In this document: positions 10,505 to 18,850 of the stretch, piece after piece
How positions within the stretch are numbered: the stretch's first letter is position 1
Layout: each line of letters opens with the position of its first letter
Assembly (NCBI GenBank): GCA_044356725.1
Contig: JBIKVS010000003.1
Span: 4,735-68,734 of the forward strand
Direction of reading: 5' to 3'
From: Minisyncoccia bacterium
Lineage (GTDB): Bacteria > Patescibacteriota > Minisyncoccia > SW-4-49-11
DNA length: 64,000 nt
Translations under genes and position numbers: made by a program
The notes under the pieces: model-generated
The model's input: only the letters and a program-made list of their open reading frames with translations
Databases searched by the model: none
Told to the model about the DNA's origin: nothing

Positions 10505-10870
10505 GTAAGAAAATTGTGGATTGGGAGTTGTAAATTATAAATTGTGAATGGTGAGTTATTAATTGGGAGTTGGGCATCTGTCTCCCTTCGGAGGGAGTAC
10601 CCGTAGGGGGAGGGTGGATAATGCTTAAAATACTAAAATAAACTATTGTTTGTATTAATATTAAAATCTATCCACCACCGGCACTTCGTGCCACCTCCTC
10701 CAAAGGGGGACAAAATAGGTACAGGCGACTGGAAGGTCGCCCCTACGAATACAAAACACAATGGAGGGATAAACGTTTACCTCCCGTAGGGATGTCTCCG
10801 CTACCAATATAATGTCGGTGGGGGCGCCAACTCTACGAAATTCATAATTTATCATTCATAATTAAAATTA
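10505..10870. repeat. GC-rich hairpin-dense modular element (family copy 1) with degenerate direct repeats at its 5' end
   Basis: The rpsB-ftsW spacer is unusually long (about 450 bp). It holds direct repeats aattgtgNatNggNgagtt x3 (10512-10580), module A gtctcccttcggagggagtacccgtagggggagggtggata (10580-10620), a long-range complement tatccaccacc (10669-10679), hairpins ggcac-ttc-gtgcc and ggcgac-tggaa-ggtcgcc, and module C ggggcgccaactctacgaaatt + ttcataatttatcattcataatt (10820-10865). Confidence 0.6.
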
Positions 10871-11974
10871 TTTTCTATATTTACTAATATTAGCAATGAT
10901 CCCAAATAGGCCAAGGAATACTATCATCGAGCTACCGCCAGCACTGACCAAAGGTAACGTCACACCTGTTACTGGAGCTAATTGAATTGTAGTAGCTATA
11001 TTAAGAAAAGTTTGGAATGAAATCCATGTCGCACCACCAATAAGTATATATCGACTAAATTCATCAGCTACTTTAGTATGTAGCCATAGAATTCTCCAGA
11101 TAATAAATAAAAATAATATAACCAAAATCAGAGCTCCTATAAATCCTGATTCTTCTGCAAAAACCGCAAAAATAGAATCTGTACTAGCTTCCGGTAAATA
11201 AAAGAATTTTTGCCTACTTTCTCCTAAGCCCACTCCTGTCAAACCACCTGAGCCTACTGCGATTAGATTATTCTCAATTTGAATTTTATCATCAGGAGTG
11301 GCATTTTCTAGGTCAACAAAAGTAAAAAATCTAGCCTTACGAAAATCTGCCCCAGATATAGCTACTATACCTACTATTAAAATTACAGTCATAAATATTG
11401 CTATAAATCTAAATTTTAATTTAGATTGAAATAAAATACTAGCTGAGATAACTAATAAAATAATTCCATTACTAAGACTAGTTTGCCCAAAAATAACTAT
11501 ACCCGCTCCTATACCAATTATAGAACTGGTTAATATCAAAGCTCCAATATTATTAATTTTTTTACCTAACTGAGTTAATAGTGCTGATAAACATAGTATA
11601 ATAGCTAATTTTAATATTTCAGAGGGTTGAATTCTAAATCCAGCAATATCTAGCCATCTAGTAGCTCCTTTCACTGTCACTCCAGATCGTGACACTAAAA
11701 CCATTATATTTAAACCCATTGTTATTATCCAACCGAATATAGCAAATTTTTTAAATAAATTAAATTTAAGATTAGCAAATATAAAAAATATCACAATTCC
11801 AGGTAATACTCCTTTTATTAATTGATTTACTAGCTCATAATACACATCATCATAAAAAGTATTAGAGATGGGTCCACTAGCTGATTGTAGAATAACTAAT
11901 CCAACTAATAATAATAGTCCTGTTGACACTAATAATCCTGAATCTATACCTTTTAATTTTACTTGTTTGTTCAT
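10868..11974 (-). CDS. ftsW: SEDS-family peptidoglycan glycosyltransferase (FtsW-like)
   Basis: Polytopic FtsW/RodA/SpoVE family protein; position directly after murD in the dcw-like order. Confidence 0.75.
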   Translation of the reverse strand: MNKQVKLKGIDSGLLVSTGLLLLVGLVILQSASGPISNTFYDDVYYELVNQLIKGVLPGIVIFFIFANLKFNLFKKFAIFGWIITMGLNIMVLVSRSGVTVKGATRWLDIAGFRIQPSEILKLAIILCLSALLTQLGKKINNIGALILTSSIIGIGAGIVIFGQTSLSNGIILLVISASILFQSKLKFRFIAIFMTVILIVGIVAISGADFRKARFFTFVDLENATPDDKIQIENNLIAVGSGGLTGVGLGESRQKFFYLPEASTDSIFAVFAEESGFIGALILVILFLFIIWRILWLHTKVADEFSRYILIGGATWISFQTFLNIATTIQLAPVTGVTLPLVSAGGSSMIVFLGLFGIIANISKYRK

Positions 11975-11980
11975 TGTATA

Positions 11981-13369
11981 TTATTTATCTTGTTTAGCTT
12001 GAATAAGAGATATAAATTTATCTCCTCTATCAAATTCATTCAAAAACATTCCAAAACTGGTAGCTCCTGGAGAAAATATGATTCTTTCTCCAGTTTCGGC
12101 TAATTTAAATCCGATATTAACTGCTTCAGATAAATCTGATACTTCATATATCTTAATATTTGAAATATATTTTTTTATAAGAGTGCTGGCTGAACCAGGT
12201 ATAAGTATAATGGCCTTTAAACTTTTATATGTATGTCTTGCTAAATCTGAATAATCCAAACCTTTATCTTCACCACCACAAATCAAAACATAAGGCTTAT
12301 CCTGAAAAGTATCCATCGCTACCATCAAAGCTACTGGCATTGTACTGGTGGTGTCATTAATAATTTCTATTCCATTAATCATTCCTAATGACTGTTGCCT
12401 ACCTTCAATACCAGTAAAAGACTTTAAAGATTGAATTAGACTATTCATATCTACACCAGTAATATTAGCAACTCCTATTGCTGCCATTATATTATATTGA
12501 TTATGCTCACCAAAAAGTTTTATGTCTTTTATATTTATAATTTTATCATTTTTATAAACAATATAATTATCCTCATCTATATGAAGAGTGGCATTTTTGT
12601 ATTTTCGAGAATAAGTTATGAGCTGAGATTTGATTTGATTTGATAAATTAGCAATTCTCTCATTATCTATATTCATAACAGCAAAGTCATTTGCATTTTG
12701 AAAGGCAATAATATTTGTCTTAGACTCAAAATATTCATCAATAGAGTTATATCTATCTAAATGATCTGCAAAAAACGATGTAAAGACTCCAATATGCGGA
12801 GAATATCTAATACTATCTAATTGAAAACTAGATAGTTCTAATACGATATAGCTATCTGTTTGTATTTCTGATAAAAGATTAAGTATGGATTTTCTGATAT
12901 TTCCTCCAAGAAACACCTTCTCTGGACCGTAAAAACAACTCAATATATGATGAATTAAAGCTGTTGTAGTAGATTTACCTCTAGTTCCTGTAATTCCTAT
13001 GACTGTGGGAGGTAATTCCAAAGAATTAATATGCTCAAAAAACAACTCAACATCAGTGGTTATTGATACTCCAGCCTGACGAGCCACTGCAAGATAAGGA
13101 GAATCGTTTGGGACACCGGGATTTTTTATAATTATATCAACTTTAGTATACGGTTCAATATGTTGCTCTCCTAAAATATATTTAATAGAGATATTATTCT
13201 TAGGTAATAAATTAATCTTATTAATCGTAGGTTTTAGGATATCAGCACTTTTAAAGTCTGTAATTACTAATTCGGCAATACGATGAGATAAAACATATTT
13301 TACAGAGCCAAAACCTCCGTCATTAAGCCCCAATCCCATCACCATTACTTTTTTTCCTTCTAAATTCAT
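11981..13369 (-). CDS. murD: UDP-N-acetylmuramoylalanine--D-glutamate ligase
   Basis: Mur ligase P-loop GITGTRGKSTTT with central and C-terminal Mur ligase domains; sits between mraY and ftsW. Confidence 0.75.
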   Translation of the reverse strand: MNLEGKKVMVMGLGLNDGGFGSVKYVLSHRIAELVITDFKSADILKPTINKINLLPKNNISIKYILGEQHIEPYTKVDIIIKNPGVPNDSPYLAVARQAGVSITTDVELFFEHINSLELPPTVIGITGTRGKSTTTALIHHILSCFYGPEKVFLGGNIRKSILNLLSEIQTDSYIVLELSSFQLDSIRYSPHIGVFTSFFADHLDRYNSIDEYFESKTNIIAFQNANDFAVMNIDNERIANLSNQIKSQLITYSRKYKNATLHIDEDNYIVYKNDKIINIKDIKLFGEHNQYNIMAAIGVANITGVDMNSLIQSLKSFTGIEGRQQSLGMINGIEIINDTTSTMPVALMVAMDTFQDKPYVLICGGEDKGLDYSDLARHTYKSLKAIILIPGSASTLIKKYISNIKIYEVSDLSEAVNIGFKLAETGERIIFSPGATSFGMFLNEFDRGDKFISLIQAKQDK

Positions 13370-13373
13370 ATAT

Positions 13374-14942
13374 TTATGCTTTAATAATTTTACCTCCTAA
13401 GTTAATAACTTCTCCTTCTTTTAATGCAATTTCTCCATTAATTATAACTGTCTCAATCCCTGTAGAATATTGTATAGGTTGTTTGAAATTAGCACAAGAC
13501 ACCAAATTAGATGGATTTATAATTACAATATCTGCAATCATATTCTCTCTAATCATTCCTATATCTCCTAATCCAAAGGTTGTTGCTGGCAAAGAAGTTA
13601 TTTTAGAGATAGCTTTTTCCCATTCTAATTGACCTGTTAACACAATGTCCTGCAAAAATTTAGTAAAAGCTCCAAAGGAACGAGGATGTTCATAATTTTT
13701 ATATTTAATTAAATTATCATCATATCCTGCAGCATCCGAACCAACCATACTATTGTTAAAATTAATTAATTCTTGCATATGTCTATCTGAAATAGAATCT
13801 ACTATGACTCTAGCTCTACCTTCGGAAGCAATGACCAATTGTATAACTGCATCTTCCACACCTAAACTTTGATTTTTAGCTATCTCCACTATACTTTTAC
13901 CGATAATAGATTTATTCATTGGACTATCTGAGATAATAATACGATTATAATCATAAGAATTGGATTTCATTTCCTGAATTATTCTAGATCTAATATCAGT
14001 ATCTTGCAAATTTTCCAATAATACTTTACGTCCACCTACCGCAACCCAACTTGGCAATAATAAATATGCTACAGTATTATTAGCAGTATATGGGAAAACA
14101 TCAAAAGTCAAAGGTAGATTATCTACAACAGCCTTACTTAATATTTCATTAATTTCTTTAGCATATTTCCAATTTTTTCTACCTAGAATTTTAAGATGAT
14201 TGATATGAGTTTTTACCTTTGTATTAGATACTATGTCAATAATTTCTTGAATTGACTGTACTACTCCTTCCCCATCATTACGACTATGAACTGTTAAAAT
14301 TTTATTATGCTTTTTGATAATATTAGCTAATTGCAATAATTCTTTCTTGTCAACCGCTTGCATATGAGAAAAAGCTAACCCTAAAGAGACTCCAATAGCA
14401 CCCTCTTCTAAAGATTGATTAATCAATTTAGCCATAACTTGCAACTCAGCATCTGTCAAAGCCCTATTATCATCTCCAATTAAACCTCTTCTGACTGTAT
14501 CATATCCAATTAAACTAGCAAAATTTGGAGCAAAAGATTTATTCTCTAGTACCGTTAAATATTCCTTAAAGGTATGCCAATCTATATTAATATTAGACAT
14601 ATCAGTCCATTTTTGAATTGAAGCGATGGCTGAATTACTAATCAAAGGTGCAAGGGATGCCCCACAATTACCCCCAACCAAAGTTGTAACTCCTTGTGTA
14701 ATTAAACTTTTTTGTGTAGGAGCTGAAAATAGAGTCAGATAAGTATCTGAATGATTACTAATGTCAATAAATCCAGGGGTTATAATTTTATCACTAGCTT
14801 CAATTTCAATATTGGCTCTATATCCATTATCTTTAGAAGTGACTTTAGTAATTTTCCCATTTTTGATAACAATATTACCTTTATAAGGTTTATTACCTGT
14901 CCCATCTACTATGAGTCCATTTTTTATAATAATATCATACAT
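13374..14942 (-). CDS. Amidohydrolase-superfamily enzyme, D-aminoacylase (N-acyl-D-amino-acid deacylase)-like
   Basis: N-terminal IKNGLIVDGTG...IITPGFIDISNHSD metal-binding motif of the D-aminoacylase/amidohydrolase family; 522 aa; inserted between mraY and murD. Confidence 0.6.
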   Translation of the reverse strand: MYDIIIKNGLIVDGTGNKPYKGNIVIKNGKITKVTSKDNGYRANIEIEASDKIITPGFIDISNHSDTYLTLFSAPTQKSLITQGVTTLVGGNCGASLAPLISNSAIASIQKWTDMSNINIDWHTFKEYLTVLENKSFAPNFASLIGYDTVRRGLIGDDNRALTDAELQVMAKLINQSLEEGAIGVSLGLAFSHMQAVDKKELLQLANIIKKHNKILTVHSRNDGEGVVQSIQEIIDIVSNTKVKTHINHLKILGRKNWKYAKEINEILSKAVVDNLPLTFDVFPYTANNTVAYLLLPSWVAVGGRKVLLENLQDTDIRSRIIQEMKSNSYDYNRIIISDSPMNKSIIGKSIVEIAKNQSLGVEDAVIQLVIASEGRARVIVDSISDRHMQELINFNNSMVGSDAAGYDDNLIKYKNYEHPRSFGAFTKFLQDIVLTGQLEWEKAISKITSLPATTFGLGDIGMIRENMIADIVIINPSNLVSCANFKQPIQYSTGIETVIINGEIALKEGEVINLGGKIIKA

Positions 14943-14944
14943 AA

Positions 14945-15985
14945 TTATAAGCCTAATAAACCAATAGTAAGTCCAATCACACTCATCACTAGAGATATAA
15001 TCCAGAATCGCATTACAATTTTAGTCTCTGGCCAACCAAGAGCTTGAAAGTTATGATGAATAGGAGCTGCTAAAAATACTTTCTTTTTGAAAAACTTTTT
15101 AGATATAAGTTGAATAATAGAAGACAACCCCTCTACAAAGAATAAAAACCCAATAATAGGTAAAATTACTAAAGAATTAGTCAACATTGCTCCAACTGCC
15201 AAAACCGCTCCCAAAGCAAATGCCCCCGTACCCCCCATAAAGAATCTAGCTGGATGGATATTAAACCATAGAAAAGCCATTAAAGCCCCAATTAAAGTAC
15301 TCATAAATATAGCTAAAGATATATTACCCTGTACTAAAGCTAAAGCTGATAAAACTCCCAATGGAGGTATAATAGACCCAGCTAAAAGACCGTCAAGTCC
15401 ATCAGTAATATCCACAGCATTCATAATAAATATTACTAATATCATAAAGACCGGAATATACCAATATCCCAATTCTATATCTGTTGGCAATCCCCAAATA
15501 GCTCCCCCAGGAATATGAAAGGAAGTCCAGTCTAGTTTGAAAGTAAACCAATAAGCCCCAAATCCTGCTATTAATAACTGCAAAAACAGCTTAAGCTTCG
15601 CCCCTAAACCTTTAATCTTACCTATACCACGAATATTAGCAATATCATCAATAGCTCCCAGCAATCCAGCTGCTACCAAAAAAGTTAATGGGAGAAAAGT
15701 TTCCTCACGAGTCAAATTAAAAGCTAATGTAAGAACTGCCGTAATAATCCAAAACAATATACCAGCCATAGTAGGAGTACCTTGTTTATGCTGATGAAAT
15801 TTACTAAAAATAGGAACAGCTTTATTATCCCATGTCTCTTCTCGAATATTTTTACCTAATTTTGTACGAAATAAGAAATCTGTCAAAAATGGAGTAAATA
15901 CAATCCCTAAAATAAAAGCTAAAACCGCAAATCCAAATATTTGGATCACCGCTACAACAGTATTAATATCTTGAATATAATTCAT
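14945..15985 (-). CDS. mraY: Phospho-N-acetylmuramoyl-pentapeptide transferase
   Basis: MraY motifs KQGTPTMAGILF and NAVDITDGLDGLLAG; polytopic. Confidence 0.9.
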   Translation of the reverse strand: MNYIQDINTVVAVIQIFGFAVLAFILGIVFTPFLTDFLFRTKLGKNIREETWDNKAVPIFSKFHQHKQGTPTMAGILFWIITAVLTLAFNLTREETFLPLTFLVAAGLLGAIDDIANIRGIGKIKGLGAKLKLFLQLLIAGFGAYWFTFKLDWTSFHIPGGAIWGLPTDIELGYWYIPVFMILVIFIMNAVDITDGLDGLLAGSIIPPLGVLSALALVQGNISLAIFMSTLIGALMAFLWFNIHPARFFMGGTGAFALGAVLAVGAMLTNSLVILPIIGFLFFVEGLSSIIQLISKKFFKKKVFLAAPIHHNFQALGWPETKIVMRFWIISLVMSVIGLTIGLLGL

Positions 15986-16050
15986 ATCTATTTATATTAG
16001 GTATTGAGTATATTATATCAAATATAAAGTTTAAATACAATAATAGATTC

Positions 16051-18522
16051 TTATCGCAACTGTTCTAATTTCAGACGGGCAGGCTCAGCCTTAGGGTCAA
16101 GCTCTAATACCTTTTGATAATTTTGTTTTGCCAAATCAAACTTTTTCTCAATCTCATAAATCTCACCCAGTTTGAAGTATACATTGGTGTAATTTGGGAA
16201 AGTTTCTAATAGTTTATTATATACAGCTATAGCCTCTATATATTGATTATTATTCTGATAAGCTAAGCCCAATAAATACACTAATTCCTGATTAGCTGGT
16301 ATAGATTTTTCATTCACTATCTGCACATATTCTTCTAGAATATCAATCTGCTCTTCATAAGCTTCACTTAAAGATAATAAATCATAATAATTTTTGTAAG
16401 CTTCAGCTGAAAATTTATTTTTATCTATAGTAGTATTGAGAATAGATTTAGCTTTTTCTAATTGTTCTGAATTAATCTTTTCCCCTTTTTGAGCTTGTCT
16501 AGCATAATATTGAGCCTCATAAATATCCCAATCTTGAGATTGAGGCTTCAGGTCTCTACCTTTAGATATAAAGGCTAGGTATTCATTTTCATCTACTTCA
16601 CCATATTGATGTATTAGTGAAGATAGCTCTAATTGCCAATATATGACTCTGCTATCTAGTGTGAATTTAGTTTTATATTCATCAATTAATTCTTGAGTTT
16701 TTTGGATATTATCTTGAACAGTCTTTTGTTTTTCTGGATCTATATTAGATCTCACATTATTCTCATTATTGCTATTGAATAACTCGAATGATTGTGCATT
16801 AATTTTCTTAATCAAAGCTTGAATATACAAATTAGTATATTCAACCATATAAGGAGATTTCATTTGAGCTTGAGATAATAGTTTCACTTGCTCTTCCAAA
16901 TTATCCTGTACTTGACTAGCCCGCACAATATATGCTTGAGATTGTATAATATTATATATTTTACTAGAACCAAGAATAACCAAGGATATTGAAAAAAGAG
17001 TAATAAAAGTAAATAAAGAAGATATAGAAGCTGGAATTGTATTAATATCCAAATTTAATTTGAATATAGGTTTAAAATATTTAGTAAATATATTACTCCA
17101 TAAAACTAAAATAATAATAAATATAACTTTATTAATAATTGAAAATGGTATCAAAAACAATCCCCCTAAACTTAAGATTAAAGGCAATATTTCAACAGGC
17201 ACAGTTTTTTGGATTAGCACAACTCTCAAAATGGATAATAAAACCCATAAAGCTAATAAAATTAATAGCCCAGATACTATAACTCCATTCTTGACTATTA
17301 TATTAATAATTTCATTAAATAAAGTCTCAAAACTAAAGCCTGAGAGTTGTGGAGATATATTATCAGGAGCAAATCTATCCCAAGCATAAATAATATTACC
17401 GCTACCAAACCAAGTATCTGACTGAATACTTTGTCTCATAATATCTAAGCTAATATCTAGACCAGGTTTAGCTATTATGGGATATTCTTGTATTTGAATA
17501 TTATCCTGAAAAGGTCTTATTATCATAGCTGAGATTATCGCTATAATTATTATTCCTGATATAGCCGAAGCCCTAATAGTGATTAGTCTGGACTTAGATT
17601 GCAAAGTATGTCTTGAAGATATTTTTTTAAGATAAAATATAGTATGAACTACTAAATTAAGGATGCTCAATATATACATACTATTACCAGATAGTCGAAT
17701 TAAAACTAAAATATGAATGATAATAGCTAAATAATAAAATACATTAAACACCTTATAAATGAAAGTCTTAGAATTAATCTTGGCTAAAATAGTAAATATG
17801 AAGTTAATAGAAAGCAGGGTCAATAATCCTAATTCCTGAGGAGATTCTGTTAGCCAAGTATTGGTAGGTTGTAATCTAGTTAAGATTGAGAATCTAACTA
17901 ATACATCAGACCAATATCCAGCAATTCCTGATATCCCGGCTCCTACTAAGATTAAAATTGATACAAAAAATGACAATATACTAAGAGCTTTTTGACTTAG
18001 AAATAATTTCAAACCTATATAAAAAACAACCAAAAATCCAATCACTATCCCAGCATCAAAAATTCTAGCCGTACTCCCCCAAAAAGCTAAACGATTTGGA
18101 TTAATAAAAGTAATACCAAATACCGCAAGTCCAGATATTATAAATAAAATATCCCCTAAAGTAATAGCCACTGAATGCTTAATAAGGCCAAATATCCAGA
18201 ATATACTAGCTAAAAGCAAGAATCCAGTTACTCCAAATACAAAAACTATAGCCTTTGGTAATTGCCAAACACTAGACCAGTCTAAAACTATAACAGCTGA
18301 TATAACAGCAAAAGATATAATATTATATAGAACTAATATCCACTGAGAATTGGATAAAGTTCTTGATTTAGGATTTACTTTTGCAATTTGTGATTCACTT
18401 TTAGAACTAGATTTTTTAGAAATATTGGATTTAGTAGTAGATTGTAATTCTACCGATGCTTTTTCCCGCAGATTAATTACAGCCTTTGGCTTAGAGTTTG
18501 ATTTTATTGAATTTAAATTCAT
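16051..18522 (-). CDS. Large polytopic membrane protein with C-terminal TPR repeats (O-antigen-ligase-like/unknown)
   Basis: 823 aa with many predicted TM helices, then clear TPR repeats (LGLAYQNNNQYIEAIAVYNKLLETFPNYTNVYFKLGEIYEIEKKFDLAKQNYQKVLELDP). Confidence 0.5.
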   Translation of the reverse strand: MNLNSIKSNSKPKAVINLREKASVELQSTTKSNISKKSSSKSESQIAKVNPKSRTLSNSQWILVLYNIISFAVISAVIVLDWSSVWQLPKAIVFVFGVTGFLLLASIFWIFGLIKHSVAITLGDILFIISGLAVFGITFINPNRLAFWGSTARIFDAGIVIGFLVVFYIGLKLFLSQKALSILSFFVSILILVGAGISGIAGYWSDVLVRFSILTRLQPTNTWLTESPQELGLLTLLSINFIFTILAKINSKTFIYKVFNVFYYLAIIIHILVLIRLSGNSMYILSILNLVVHTIFYLKKISSRHTLQSKSRLITIRASAISGIIIIAIISAMIIRPFQDNIQIQEYPIIAKPGLDISLDIMRQSIQSDTWFGSGNIIYAWDRFAPDNISPQLSGFSFETLFNEIINIIVKNGVIVSGLLILLALWVLLSILRVVLIQKTVPVEILPLILSLGGLFLIPFSIINKVIFIIILVLWSNIFTKYFKPIFKLNLDINTIPASISSLFTFITLFSISLVILGSSKIYNIIQSQAYIVRASQVQDNLEEQVKLLSQAQMKSPYMVEYTNLYIQALIKKINAQSFELFNSNNENNVRSNIDPEKQKTVQDNIQKTQELIDEYKTKFTLDSRVIYWQLELSSLIHQYGEVDENEYLAFISKGRDLKPQSQDWDIYEAQYYARQAQKGEKINSEQLEKAKSILNTTIDKNKFSAEAYKNYYDLLSLSEAYEEQIDILEEYVQIVNEKSIPANQELVYLLGLAYQNNNQYIEAIAVYNKLLETFPNYTNVYFKLGEIYEIEKKFDLAKQNYQKVLELDPKAEPARLKLEQLR

Positions 18523-18620
18523 TTTATTAATATAATATATTGTATTATATTATATTCTAACATATATTCAGAATTTATCTAAGTGTTTGTATCGGATAAT
18601 TATAAATTATATAATTATCT

Positions 18621-18850
18621 GTCCTCCCTTGGGGGAGGTGTCACCGCAGGTGACGGAGGAGGACTGAGCTAAATTCCCCTCTTGAGGGGTGTCAGGCAAA
18701 AGCCTGACGGGGTGGAAAAATAAATTATGAATGATTAATTATAAATTATGAACCGTAGGGGCGCTGACTCTACGAAATTAATGATTCCTAAGCCTGGTAA
18801 AGCATCCTAAATTTCGCGCGGGTGAGTCCAGGAATTTAATCCCCTCAGCG
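18621..18850. repeat. GC-rich hairpin-dense modular element (family copy 2)
   Basis: Module B gtcctcccttgggggaggtgtcaccgcaggtgacggaggaggac (18621-18663) with outer stem gtcctcc/ggaggac and inner hairpin gtcacc-gca-ggtgac. Further hairpins cccctc-ttga-gagggg and gtcaggc-aaaa-gcctgac. Module C aattatgaatgat.../ggggcgctgactctacgaaatt (18725-18778). Confidence 0.6.

Noticed and set aside
10661-10855. 64-aa minus-strand ORF in the rpsB upstream spacer.
   Set aside because: It is embedded in GC-rich repeat copy 1. Its Arg/Pro/Val-rich composition is typical of out-of-frame GC-rich DNA, and it has no coding support.
10505-10870. The GC-rich elements considered as known housekeeping RNAs (RNase P RNA, tmRNA, SRP/4.5S RNA, 6S RNA).
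   Set aside because: None of the hallmark conserved sequences were found: RNase P P4 AGGAAAGUCCGGGC, the tmRNA tRNA-like ends with CCA, or the SRP domain IV GGAAGCAGCC. The modular recurrence at four loci argues for a repeat family rather than a single-copy housekeeping RNA.
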